Assembly: GCA_028826165.1 (NCBI GenBank)
Contig: JAPDFW010000031.1
Span: 1-61,815, forward strand
DNA: 61,815 nucleotides
Origin: Anaeramoeba ignava BMAN
Lineage: Eukaryota > Protista > Anaeramoebae
Direction: 5' to 3'
The position numbers and the translations under genes are program-made. This document shows positions 35,537 to 49,009 of the stretch, piece after piece; positions within the stretch are counted from its first letter, which is position 1; each line of letters starts with the position of its first letter. The notes under the pieces were generated by a model, which searched no databases, had not been told where the DNA came from, and worked only from the letters and a program-made list of their open reading frames with translations.

Positions 35537-38500
35537 TCATTTCTCATTCAAATCAAAATCAATACATCCAATATTCCCATTTTTAGTTCCACATATTATA
35601 AATTTCCCCAAAGCAAAAGAAAAGGAATAAACCTTTTGATCAGAAACAAATTGATAACAAAGACTCAAATCAGACAATTTTCTGATAATAATAGACTTAT
35701 CCTTTGTTGAAGAAATTAAACACCTTGAATCAGGAGTGATTTCCAAACAAACAATACTTTGCGAATATTGAGCTTGAGAAAGAAAATCGCCATTGATTGA
35801 AAAAAGCCTCAATTTCACATCGGATTCAGAAAAAACAAGAATATTTCCTTGATTGGAAATTTTCATAAATGAAATCTCATCGTTTCCATTCAACTCAATT
35901 GTGCGAATATGCTTGCCTTTAATCAGTGAATGGATCATCCAAGTGCTATTTGCAGATCCACTCACAAGAACATCCAAATTTGAGTTCAAATCAAGACTTG
36001 TGATTTCGTGATCATGATCAAAAATCAAATGTCTTGGAACCTCGTTCACTTTCCCCTCCTTCTCATCAAAATCCCATATGATTATTGTTGTATCCTTTGA
36101 TCCTGTCGCAAGGAAAGTGGAATCCAAAGACAAGCAACTGACAACATTTTGATGTTTTGAAATATTTTGGATCATTCGTGAGGTTTCCGTTTCGAAAATC
36201 TTGAGTGTATCATCACAAAAACCGCAGCAGATGATAAACCTCCCATCTTTGCTGCAGCTGAGAATCTTGCTTGAGGGTCTGATATCAGAAGCAAAGGAAA
36301 CGCCGATATTTTTTTTATTCCCGAGCTCAGGATCAAGTTCAAATTCAATGGGTTGTTTAGACTCTTTGGGAACAGAAGTATTCAATATATGAGTACTAAT
36401 TGTGCGCTGTCTATCAAATGTGATAATTTTATTCAGTGAAGCCCGTAATGATAATTGCCCTTTCTTCTTCAAAAATCGGGTCATTATGATCGGAAAACTT
36501 GACACATGACGATAATATGAAGTATGTTTCTGTTTGGAAAAAATAGTCATCCAGTTGGAAGCTGTTTGAAGTGGTTTTTTTTCAGGAACTCTTGAAGGAT
36601 GCTTTGATTTCAAAAGTTGCATTGGAACTTGTCCTTGTTTCTCTATTTGGTCTTTGATAGCTTGTGCATTCTCAGAATTCATCATTGTTAAATCCAAATT
36701 CTCTTCGTAAGCCGCACTAAAAAATGCATTGTTTGCTGCTATCGCATGATTGTCTTTTTGCTTGTATCCAAATACCAGGTCGATCCATTTGTGCAAATTT
36801 CGAGAAACATAGTCTGATTCAAGTGCTTCCCGATTCAATTGAATAAACTGGTTTTTTGTTTTTGCCCATTTTGGTAGTTGAACGTCTGAAATCCTGCTCC
36901 AAATATGGCTTTCCATTTGGTTTCTCCGCCCAACAGGCTTCTTAAGAAATTCTGAAAGATAAAAAAACTCGGGAATCAATTCTTGAACACTTATTGAATC
37001 TTCTTCCATAATTGAATCCCATGTTTCACTAATTGAGTTGAAAAATTGGTTTTTGGAATCGGTGTATTTCTCAGGATTTTTAAGCATAATCGATGTGAAT
37101 GGCTCCAATCGACACAAATATCCAACAACAATTTGCGGATTGGAATAAAGTGATGAATAATTGAATTGGTTGATTTTTTTTGCATTTTGTAATTCTTCGT
37201 AAAAAAGTCGTTTTTTCTTATGAAAAGCACCGATCGGAAGTGACAAGTCGCGGAATGTGGTTGGCTTAGATAAATCCAAGGTTTCTGATTTGTAGTCTGC
37301 AATGACCCACGGGAAGATGGGGTATTGAGACAGGTCTTGATATGTTCTTCCTGCAAGCGTGTTTAAATACATCAAATACTCAAAATTGGAAATTTGCTTT
37401 TTTTGCCATTGCTTTGTGACCTTGCTTTTCTGGAGCCATTTTGATGCGTCTTTCCCTGAATAATCATAAGGTTTCTTTTTGATGTTTGCTTGTTTATGCT
37501 TGTGGATTTCCGATAATACTTCCTCTCTTTGTTCAAAAGACACAAAATTAAGAAATACGCATTTGTTATTTGTAAAAAATATTTCAAGTGCTGTATGTTC
37601 GAAAAGAAACCTTCTTTTGTGAACAGACTTGACTTCACTGATTTTCCACGAGTGATCTTTGCTGTCAATCCCTGATAGCGAGGATCCAATTTGCATTGAG
37701 CTGTAATCAACTAAGAAATCAACTGAATTGCTTGTGATTTCTAAAATTCCTGGTGTTTTTTTCATTTTGGCAATAAGAAGACAACGCACTCTTAAAAGAG
37801 TATCCAAAGATTCCAATTTCTTTACATTTCCACTTTTGCCTGAAATTTTGGTGATTTGATGGAACACATTTTGCATGAATTGAATATCTTCTGAAATTTC
37901 GCTTTGATCAGCATTTGGCTTGAGAATTCGACTCAATCGGTTCAAGTTTTTTCTGTTTTCCGAATGTGTTCTTTGCAAATAATTCTGATGAGTTGACTGC
38001 GAATTCAATTCAATAATTCGCAACTTCATTCTTCTTCTCATTGAATCTTCACTTTCCGATATTTTCATGTAAAAATGCTTTTTTTCTTGCTCGTTTTCCA
38101 TATTATTCCACTGTTTTGAATTGGAAGAATTTTTGCGCAAAAGAGAATCTCCAATGATTCGAAGAAAATGCTGGAAATGAATTCGGTCTTTTTTTTGGTT
38201 TTTCAGTTGAGAGATCAATATTCTGTTCTTTTCATCCTCATTTCGTTTTTTTGCTTGAAATTCAATTTTCTGTTTTATTGGAAAATTCTTAATTTCTTGC
38301 TCTTGGTCTCTTTCTTGAATGGTTTTCCTGACAACTTCTGCGTTGGTTGATTGTGTTGTGTTGAATGTAAGTTGGTTTTCTTCCATATCTTTTTGGACTT
38401 GATTAATCACAACTGAGAAATTTTTCTTGATCACATTTTTCCATCTATCGGCTAGAAAAACATTTTCAAACTCAAACAGTGTTTTTGTCTTGAATATAAA

Positions 38501-41500
38501 TGAGTATTTTTCTTTTGGAGTGAATAGTAGAGATTTCTTCTTATTTTCAGAAAAAACCTCAAATAAAAAATTGTAATTGTCTTGCATGATCAACTGCAGA
38601 TATTTCAGTACAATATTTTTTTTATCAAGACTTGGTGTTTTTTCAGCCATTTTCGTTTCTTCTTTTTTAATTTCTAATTGAAGTTTCGAAATTGAAAATG
38701 AATTTAAATTGGAATTGGAATTGGAATTGGAATCCAAATCAAAATTTGGTTCTTTGTTGTAATTGTAAAGATAGGAAAAAACAAAAGCAAAAAACATGGA
38801 TAAAAATTCAATCGCATTTGGAATTTTGCTTGATTTTATATTAAGAGGTCCATTGAACAATTCCTTCAATTTTGCAAGAAGAAACTCAGTTAATTCGCAA
38901 TCTGCTGTTTTAATTGTGAAAAGCATAATCAAAAGCACAATTTTATAGATCACTCGTGATTCGGATGTTTTTTTGAATTTCAATCCCTGATGTTCAAAGA
39001 ATCCAATTTTTTGAAGAAGACGAACAATATTTTTGACAAAAAGTGTTTCAAGTTGGCCAAATCCAAATTTCCATGCATCTTGCAAAATGTCATTATCACA
39101 AATAATATTCTGGTTGTTTACATTGTCAGTAAACGAGGATGAATTGACCCTATCAAGTGTATTATTGCGATATTTTTCTGGATCGTTTTTGGATTTTGAT
39201 AATTTTTTGTCTGGTTTTGTTTGTCCTAATGTGTATCGTCGAGACTTTCTGAAACTGTTAGAAACTGATGTTCGGATTATTCTAATACTTGAAGTTGGCT
39301 CCAAATTGAAAGAAGTCGACAATTTTTCTTTATCAAAAAGAAAAGCGTTCAACACATTGATCAAATAAAACAAATTATTCACAAATATTTTTGTTGGTTC
39401 TGATTTTTGCTTCTCTTTTTTCTTGTTGTTCTTTTTATTCTTCTTGTTGTTCTTTTTTCCACTTTCTTTTGGTTCTTCTTCGGGTTTTTCGAGTGTATAA
39501 TTTTGATATGCATCAATGATAATATTTGATATGATTCTTCTCATAATTTCAGGAACATAATCAGAAATTATTGCAATGCGGAAAAGTTGAATGAATGAAA
39601 GAAATTGTTCAAATATTTCTGGGAATTGTGTGTCTAAGTGTTGCAAACAATAGTAAAATAGCAATCTGAAAATATTGTACATAATTTCGTTCATTTCAGA
39701 TTGAATTGAAGCCACTTTTTTTTTATTTTGATTTTGATTTTGATTTTGATTTTGATTTTGATTTTGATTTTGATTTTGATTTTGATTTTGATTTTCATTT
39801 TGATTTTGATTTTCATTTTCATTTAAATTTATATTCAATTTGTTCATAAATGCTACATTCTGATTGCGAGATCTTCGATACTTTTGTTTTGTTGGTATTG
39901 TTTGGTCATTCTGTATATCTATTTCTTCTTTTTTCACAGGAGTTATAAGATCCACAAACCATAATTGCCATCCGAATTGAGAAATGATTTTCTTTTTGTT
40001 GAAATCACTATCCATGATTGCGTGATAAACCATTCTAAAAAGATCACAGAAAACGGTTCTTGGCAAATAACTTGCAATTTGCGAAAGAGTTTTCAAAATA
40101 AAAGGATTTTTGATAATTTGAGCAGAATTCGTTTGTTCTTGCAGGTTTTTTCCTCTAAATATATCATAAAGAACATAAAAAATCTCGTCAGAAGGATCTG
40201 GGATTTTCTTTACAATATCATGAATAATTGGATATAATTCTTCCAAACTTTGCACTTTATATTCTACTTTTGAAAATTCATGCAGAACATCCTTTTCATT
40301 TTGTGAGACATAAGAATCAAGATGGGAAATTATTTTGAGGCATGAAATGATTATTTTTTGATCATTTGTTGATTTCATAAAACGCACAATTGGCTCGAAA
40401 AATCCAACTGAAACAAGTGGTTTCAAGACATGATTTGTGCGCTCAATTATCATATTACCAATAAAATAAAATAATTTAGTGTTCATTTGTTGTGTTTTGA
40501 AGTTTTCACAACTGGCAAGTAGAGAATGGAAAAATTTCAATTTAAGTGATTCGTTTGAAGTGTTTGTGAAAATGATTTCGATAAATTCAATTACTCTTCT
40601 TGACAAAATCATGATTTTCTCCTTTTCTTGTATAATATTTGATACTTTGTCTGGATTCTCTTTTTTGATTTCTTGCATTTTATTGAGCGAGTTATCGTAA
40701 AAATGCAAAATGTCAAGTAAATGGAAAACATTCACTTGAAAATTTTTATAGCCAACAATATAATGTGAAATCATGCCTACTTCTTGATTGTTTTCTTGCT
40801 TTTTCTGTGAATCTTCGAAACTTTCTCCTTCTGTTATATCCTTGTCTTCATTTCCAAGCTGGAATCTTTTGGGAAAGTAAAATTGAATTGTTTCGAGAAT
40901 TTCCTTCTGGATCTCGAAAGGGCATCGAATCCAAATCGAGTAATCACAAACAAGATAGTATTTCATTTCCTTTTGGAATTCAGAGTTTCTGACTTGATTC
41001 ATGCAAATCCTGATAAAGTTGACGATGCTTTGTGAGGAGAACTTTGGATGAATTCTCTTCAGAATATTTGAAATTAAAGCTGGACTATGTGAATCAATCA
41101 TTGATTTCTGGAAATTCAAATTTTGGAAGGTAATATCAGAAATGATTTGGATAATTTGCTCTAAAACTAGGCCTGCTCCCATTATCCCTATTTGATCTTC
41201 ATTTTCTTTGCTGATTTCAAAGTTCTTTTTGTAATCATCCTCGTTGAGTTTATAAGGAAAATATTTCTCGTTTTCTTCTTGTTCTTCAAATAAATCATCC
41301 AATTCCAAAATCAAAGATAAAAATGCTTCGATTCCTCCAAATGAGTTGATCACATTTTTCACAGATGATTTAATACAAGGATACACTTCTTTAACTCGTG
41401 ATTTGTGCTTGATAATATTTGCAGGACTTTGGTTGAAACATATGTTTCTTTTCATTGCTTTTGCGTTGTGGCAAATCAATATTTTGTTTGTTAAATTTCC

Positions 41501-44500
41501 TTTGAAAATTTTGGCAAATTTTGATTTATCATTTTCATCAGGATAATGCTCCATTTCATTTGAAAAGAAGAACGATTTGTAATCTGGACCAAGTAAATAG
41601 ATTGCTTGTATTTGTTCATTAGTTAGTACTTCTTGCATAATATATATTGTTCCCATTTGGCCATAGAATGTTTTTTTGTTGTTAGAATCTTGATTTCTTT
41701 GATTTTGATTTCTTTGATTTTGATTTTGATTTTTATTTTGATTTTGATTTTTATTTTGATTTTGATTTTGATTTTGATTTTGATTTTGATTTTGATTTTG
41801 ATTTTGATTTTGATTTTGATTTTGATTTTGATTTTGATTTTGATTTTCATTTTGATTTTGATTTTGATTTTGATTTTGATTTTGATTTTGATTTTGATTT
41901 TGATTTTGATTTACATTTTGATTTTCATTTTTATTTTCATTTTCATTTTCATTTTCATTTTCATTTTCATTTTCATTTTGATTTTGATTTGGGAGATGAT
42001 AATTCATATTTTCTTCTTTATTCTTTTTAAAATTGCAAAACGATCCAATTCGATTTTGAGTAAATAACATTTCACTAGAAAATGAAGTAAATAAATCGAG
42101 CTTTTGTGATGATACGATTTCTCCATCAACATACAATGCAACTTTTATTTTCGATTTGTCACGATTGAATTTTTGAGTGAAAACCAAAAAATGCCATTGG
42201 GAAATATCAAAATCAACAGAAAACTCTGCCTTGTTTGAGTATGTTTCTTTTATATGAGATTTGAAGACAAATGATATTGTATTATCCTTGAAGATTTTTA
42301 AATAGAGTTCGAATCCTTCTGAATTTGCTGTTGAAAAACTAAATATTCTTGGGGAATATGCGTTGTGCTCTCCCCAAGAAAAAAATGAATCAAAATGCTC
42401 AACTTTCAACCATGTATAAAAAGTCATTTGCTTTGTGAGAAAATCAATTTCCATAAAAGGAAGTTCTATTCTTGAGTTTTCTGCATTGAAATCAAAGAAA
42501 ATTGATGGGCCTTCTTCAGCTTTGTTAGTCATGCTTTGTAAAGATATTAACATATCACTTGCAAAATATCTGTTTCCAATTTCAAACTGTTTTTTCATGA
42601 GAGAAAAATACGCTTTCATTTCAGAAACAAGGATTTTATAGCATCCAAGTGTATTTATAAAATTAATCACTTTTTTGAATAAACTGGGTTTTGATATTTT
42701 CGGGATCAAAGAGAGCAAAAACGAAATTAATCCAACTTCACAATACACAGAAAGATTGTGTGTAGATTTCGAACAAAGAAATTTTAAATCATTCAGAATT
42801 GTTACAAAGGAAGGTTCCTCTGGTTTCTCAATTTGTTGTTTTTCTAAGTCTTGAGAATAAAACATCATGATCAACAGTGCAATATTTGGATTGCGAATAA
42901 CAAAGTTTGTGTTGAAATCATGCTTCGCATTGTTGATCAAGAGATCGAGCAATAGACTATATAATTCTTGAGGGGAAAAATCTTGTTTTGTTTGCTCCAA
43001 CAATAATAGCAACGCTTCTAGCTTAATTTGCTCATTAAAAAACTCGATCATTTCTTGATTTTCTTTCAGCATTTCCATTAATAATGAAAAAATAGTTAAA
43101 TTAAGCGAAGCTTCGCCAAATTTGTATCTAAATAATGTTAACAACAAAGTAAACGGATTAAGTTTTAGAAATATTCGTTGGAGATTCTCTCTATTTTTAG
43201 GTATTGATTGAGTTAGAGTATCAAATAGATTTTTCACAGCAAGAAATTTGTCAAGATCCTCTTTGTTTTTTGTTGTTAAATTTTGGATCGTTGAAAGACT
43301 GTCTTTGAATATTTTTGAGACGAATTTCTCGCCGCTTTCCTGGTTTTTTAATTTTGTATTGTTCAAAATGAGGGTGATATGATGAAGCGCGAAAACTCGT
43401 GTTTTTTTCTCAAAATATAAATCAACCAACAAGTTCGTGGTTTCTATATTTTTGTATTTCATGTCTATCAATGAAAAGGAGAGCATCAAATGTAAATTTT
43501 TAAAACACAGAAGTGTCATTTTTTGGATTGTTGAGATTTTTTGTTCAATTTTTTGCTTTTTTGAATTTTCCTTGTTCTTAATATTTTTTTTGATTTTCTC
43601 ATCATTTTTTGCCTTTTCTTGCTTTAAAATTCGTAAAATTTCGAAAATTCGTTCAAATCCTCCGTATTCAATAATCACATCTGCAGAATATTTGGGTTCT
43701 TCTTTCAAAACTTTTTTCAGTGTTTTGAGGAATAAAGTCACCAAATTGTAATTGTAAAGACGTTTTTTATCTTGAAATACATTTGTCAAAAATATTTTAT
43801 AATCCAAATAGATTGGCTTTAGTTTTAAAATTCGGTCGATAAAATCAAACACTAAAATTTGTAAATTCGAGTTCGTTTTATCAAGTTTCTCTGATATTTT
43901 TGGTTCAACCTAAAAGAAGGAAAAATATTAAATTGAACAAAAAAGATATAAATGTTTTTTTTTTTAATAAGAATAAATGCAAAATTGGTACTTCAAATTC
44001 TCGTTTGTTTCTGATAAAATAATCGGAAAGACAAATTTCCAATCCATAATTTTCTCGGAAAAAAGAAAGAATTGATTCATCCACCAATCTTTTCAATTCA
44101 AACAAAATATATAACTGGAGATCGGGATATACATTCTTGATAAAGTTTTGAATCACAATAATTTTTTTTGTTAATTGTTCTGATAAGACTTTTTGTGGTT
44201 CATTTGTGAATAAACTTAGATATATTAAAATCAGTCTTTCTTCTATTGTAAGTACATTTTCTGGGTCAATTACATATCTACCTAATTCACTTTTCACAAA
44301 TCCATTTTTTGGAGATTTTTTTCCGCATTTTATTAGTTCTCTAATATTTGAAACAAGTGTATCAAAACGAGGATGATATGTCTTGATTTCAGAATTTTTG
44401 TTTTTTTGTTTTTTTTCAGAATTCTTTGTGGTTGAAGATAAAGTAAAATCTGTTAATAGAGGATATTCGTTTGTTTGCTGAAAATTATGAAAGATAGAAG

Positions 44501-46833
44501 GTTTTTTTCTTTGTTTCAAATTTGTTTCTTGTTTTTTTTTGTAATTTTTGTAAACTTTATATGCTTCTGTTATATGATCTTCTCTTATATAAAAATTAAT
44601 CCAGAGAATTAGATTTCTAAGCTGTAAAAATTGAGGATGATTTGCAATTTCTGTGACTATATCTTCTTCATTTGCAACAAAAAGGAGAAATTCTTGGGAA
44701 TCAAAACGCAGTTGAATTTCATGATGACTTAAAGCTAATTTTTTACTTTGATAGTTTTTATTTTCGATTTTTTCAAGTTTGGAATTTTTTGTAATATAAA
44801 GATTTGAAGTCAAATCAATTTTTGAATCAAAAATGAAAAAATCTGTGGAGAAAAAATCCACTAATTGAGAAATTGTGCAAGTATCTGATTCAATATTTTG
44901 ATTTGATAATGAAATTCCTAGTTTTGGAAGATAATAATCTGGTGGTGAAAATAATTCCAAAAGGATTAAAACCACTTTCAAAATTTCATTTGGATTAAAA
45001 ACGCATAATTTATAAAAGAAACGAAGAATTTGAATCAATAGTGCTTGATTTGTAATTTGTTTCTCAGTGAAAACAAATAAGGATCGGATTCTTAAATTAA
45101 CACGAAAAAGGTCTAATTAAAAAAGAATGAGAAACAAAAAAAAAGAGAGAGAATTTTGAATTTTGATTAAAATTTGTTTAATTTTTTTTTTACTAATAAG
45201 TAAAGAAACCACTTTTTCTTTTTGAATAGATTGTAGTATTTCTATATTTGGAATAGCACGCTCTCCAAAGTATTTTGTTAAAATTTCCAAAATTCTATCA
45301 ACAATAAATTCTGTTAGTAAAAGAATATAAACTGAAAGAGGAGGATCAATATCCTTAAAATAAAAATGAAAATAAAAATAAAAATAAATATAAATATAAA
45401 TATAAATATAAATATAAATATAAAAATAAATATAAATATAAATAAATTGAATTAAAATAAATATATTGAATTAAATATTTTGGATTAAATATTTAAATTA
45501 AAATAAATATATTGAATTAAATTAAATATATTGAATTAAATTATATATATTGGATTAAAATAAATATTTTGGATTAAAATAAATATATTGAATTAAAATA
45601 AATATTTTGAATTAAAATAAATATATTGAATTAAAATAAATATATTGAATTAAAATAAATATATTGAATTAAAATAAATATATTGAATTAAAATAAATAT
45701 TTTGGATTAAAATAAATTGAATTAAAATAAATATATTGAATTAAAATAAATATATTGAATTAAAATAAATATATTGAATTAAAATAAATAAATTGAATTA
45801 AAATAAATAAATTGAATTAAAATAAATATATTGAATTGAAATATATTGAATTAAAATAAATATTTTGAATTAAAATAATTTGAATTAAAATAATTGTTCC
45901 CTTTTTTTTGTTTTTGTTTTTGTTTTTGTTTTTGTTTTTGTTTTTGTTTTTGTTTTTGTTTTTGTTTTTGTTTTTGTTTTTGTTTTTGTTTTTGTTTTTG
46001 TTTTTGTTTTTGTTTTTGTTTTTGTTTTTGTTTTTGTTTTTGTTTTTGTTTTTGTTTTTGTTTTTGTTTTTGTTTTTGTTTTTGTTTTTGTTTACTTTTA
46101 ATGTGGACATTAAATTTGTATATTTTGGTACAATTTTTAAAAAATCATTCAAATGTTGGAAAATATTTTTTTTCCAAAGCATTTGTCTATTGAATTTTGA
46201 TTTGCAAAGAATTGATATTATTGATAAGGAAACTAAAGATTCACATGAATTTATATTAGTTTTATCGATAGATAAACTTTCAATAAGATTTTGTTTGGTT
46301 TTTTTGAGAGAAACTTGATCAAATATTTTTTGGAAGTTTTCTTTTGAATTTTAATTTAAAATTTAATTTTGATTTTGAATTTGAATTGAAATTTGAATTT
46401 ATTAAAAAACCTTCAATTTGAGAAAAGGAAAATTTTAATAAAGAAAGAGAAAATGAAAGAAAATAATCTGGAAATGATTTTTTTTTAGAAATTGAAACTT
46501 CTATTTCTTCTTGAGAAAATAATTCTTCACCATTTTTTTCTTGAGAGTTTTTTCTTTTATTATCTTGTGATTCTGGATTCCATTTGGAAGCTTCTCCTTC
46601 AAAAAGAATAAAGAATTCTTTTAAATTGGGAATTTTGATTTCATTTGAAAATCTTTCCTTTTTTTATTGTTGTTTATTTTTTAAATTTAAATTTTGTAAA
46701 TTTTATATTTTCTAAATTAAAAAAAAAATACTGTTTCGTAAATTTGAAGAATTTGTTCTAAAAGATTAACTATTCTTTGATTATTTGCAAAATTTTGAAA
46801 GAAGTTTAATGTTTCTTTTAATTGATTTTGCAT
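35537..46833 (-). CDS. BEACH-domain protein (neurobeachin/Lvs-like: ConA-like, PH, BEACH, WD40), ~3415 aa; join(46833..46732,46657..46411,46340..46096,45353..45194,45112..43992,43909..35537)
   Basis: ISNFEYLMYLNTLAGRTYQDLSQYPIFPWVIADY..FRDLSLPIGA, ELIPEFFY, ALESDYVS.NLHKWIDLVFGYKQ; PH motif KRRFLFEHTALEIF; C-terminal WD40 repeats. Five phase-consistent GT-AG introns. Confidence 0.9.
45360..46093. repeat. Intronic (GTTTTT)n and ~21-bp (TTGAATTAAAATAAATATA)-type repeats
   Basis: Directly visible within BEACH intron 3. Confidence 0.9.
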
Positions 46834-46939
46834 TTTATTCAAGAAAGGAAAAAAAAAAGAGGAAAAATGAAAAATGAAAAAAAAAAAGATAAAAGAAGGA
46901 AAAAAAAAAATATTTTTGTCCGGAATTTTTTTCTCAATT

Positions 46940-47880
46940 TCGAAAATAAATTTATAATTTATTTATTAAGAATAATTTAAAAAGAATTATAAATAAATTA
47001 TAAATTAATTTAATTTAAAAATAAAGAAATAAAATTAATTAAAAATATTTAAAATAAATTAATCATAATAATTAAAATAAATTTTGAAAGTAAATTTATA
47101 ATTCATTTATTAAGAATAATTTAAAAAGAAATATAAATAAATTATAAATTAATTTAATTTTAAAATAAAGAAATAAAATTAATTAAAAATATTTAAAATA
47201 AATTAATCATAATAATTAAAATAAATTTTGAAAATAAATTTATAATTCATTTATTAAGAATAATTTAAAAATAAATATAAATAAATTATAAATAAATTTA
47301 ATTTAAAAATAAAAGAAATAATATTAATTAAATATATTTAAAATAAATTAATCAAAATAATTAAAATAAATTTTGAAAATAAATTTATAATTTATTTATT
47401 AAGAATAATTTAAAAGAATTATAAATAAATTATAAATAAATTTAATATAAAAATAAAGAAATAATATTAATTAAAAATATTTAAAATAAATTAATCAAAA
47501 TAATTAAAATAAATTTTGAAAATAAATTTATAATTTATTTATTAAGAATAATTTAAAAAGAATTATAAATAAATTATAAATAAATTTAATATAAAAATAA
47601 AGAAATAATATTAATTAAAAATATTTAAAATAAATTAATCATAATAATTAAAATAAATTTCGAAAATAAATTTATAATTTATTTATTAAGAATAATTTAA
47701 AAAGAATTATAAATAAATTATAAATAAATTTAATTTTAAAATAAAGAAATAAAATTAATTAAAAATATTTAAAATAAATTAATCAAAATAATTAAAATAA
47801 ATTTCGAAAATAAATTTATAATTTATTTATTAAGAATAATTTAAAAATAATTATAAATAAATTATAAATAAATTTAATTT
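46940..47880. repeat. Tandem repeat family D, 143-145 bp unit x~6.5
   Basis: gaaa(a/g)taaatttataatt at 46942, 47086, 47230, 47375, 47518, 47662 and 47806. Confidence 0.95.
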
Positions 47881-48220
47881 CATTTAATGAAAAAAAAGGG
47901 GGATGAAATAAAAAAATAAAAAATAAATAAATTTTTCTTTTGTAAGGCAAATAAAAAAATTCTTTACAGAAGTTGTCAAAATTTAATTAGAAAAAATGAT
48001 GAGAAAGCTTTAAGATCAAAAAAATCCAAATAATAAAAAAATCAAAGATAATCAAAAAAAAACTTATAAAAAAGAAAAAAAAATTTTAAAATTGCCACAT
48101 CATCAAAAACAAAAAATTTTTATTTTTTGATCAATTTTTTAATAGAAAATAAAGATAAACTAAAAAGAAAAGTCAAATAATTCCAATAATTTTTTGGAGA
48201 TTAAAATAAATAAAAATAAT

Positions 48221-48260
48221 TTTTCATTTTTCATTTTTCATTTTTCATTTTTCATTTTTC
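48221..48260 (+). promoter_or_regulatory. Reiterated TCA(T)n initiator-like motif (representative example; similar arrays precede most genes)
   Basis: (TTTTTCA)x5 lies just upstream of the ATG at 48284. Confidence 0.6.
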
Positions 48261-48283
48261 AAAAAGAAAAGAAAAGAAAAGAA

Positions 48284-48961
48284 ATGGAAACAGAAAAATT
48301 AGCTTGTACACCAAAAGAAATTAATGAGTATGTTTTAGAGAATTCACTTCGAGAATCTGATCTTTTATCAGAATTAAGAAAAGAAACAAAAGAAATAACG
48401 GACCGTTTTGTAATGCAAGTACCACCAGATCAAGGACAATTTCTATCACTTTTAATCAAAATTACGAATGCGAAAAATGCACTTGAAATTGGAACTTTTA
48501 CTGGTTATAGTTCTATTTGTGTTGCTTCTGCTTTGCCTGAAGACGGGCATTTATATTGTTTGGATGTTTCTGAAGAATGGACAAATGTTGCTAGAAAATA
48601 CTGGAAAAAAGCAAATTTGGAATCAAAAATTACTCTTACTCTTGCCCCCGCTATTGATACTTTAAAAACTTATGTTGAAAAAGTGGAACAAAAAAAAATG
48701 GAACTTTTTGATTTTGCTTTTATTGATGCTGATAAGGAAAATTATGATAATTACTTTGAATTTGCTTTGAAAATCGTTAAACAAAATGGTGTTATTGTTT
48801 TTGATAATATGGTTTTTCATGGAACTGTTTTGCAAGAAAACAAAACTCGTTCCCAAACTATTGCAATTGATAAAATGAATAAGAAACTTAAGAGCGACCC
48901 AAGAATTGATTTGAGTTTCTTGCCAGTTTTTGATGGTTTAGTTATTACAAGAAAAGTTTAA
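48284..48961 (+). CDS. Class I SAM-dependent O-methyltransferase (CCoAOMT/COMTD1/MdmC-like)
   Basis: MQVPPDQGQFL, ALEIGTFTGYSS, FDFAFIDADKENY, DNMVFHG; intronless; ATG at 48284. Confidence 0.93.
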   Translation: METEKLACTPKEINEYVLENSLRESDLLSELRKETKEITDRFVMQVPPDQGQFLSLLIKITNAKNALEIGTFTGYSSICVASALPEDGHLYCLDVSEEWTNVARKYWKKANLESKITLTLAPAIDTLKTYVEKVEQKKMELFDFAFIDADKENYDNYFEFALKIVKQNGVIVFDNMVFHGTVLQENKTRSQTIAIDKMNKKLKSDPRIDLSFLPVFDGLVITRKV

Positions 48962-49009
48962 TTGAATTCTTTTTTTTTACTTTTACTCAAATTAATAAAT
49001 ACGAACAAA

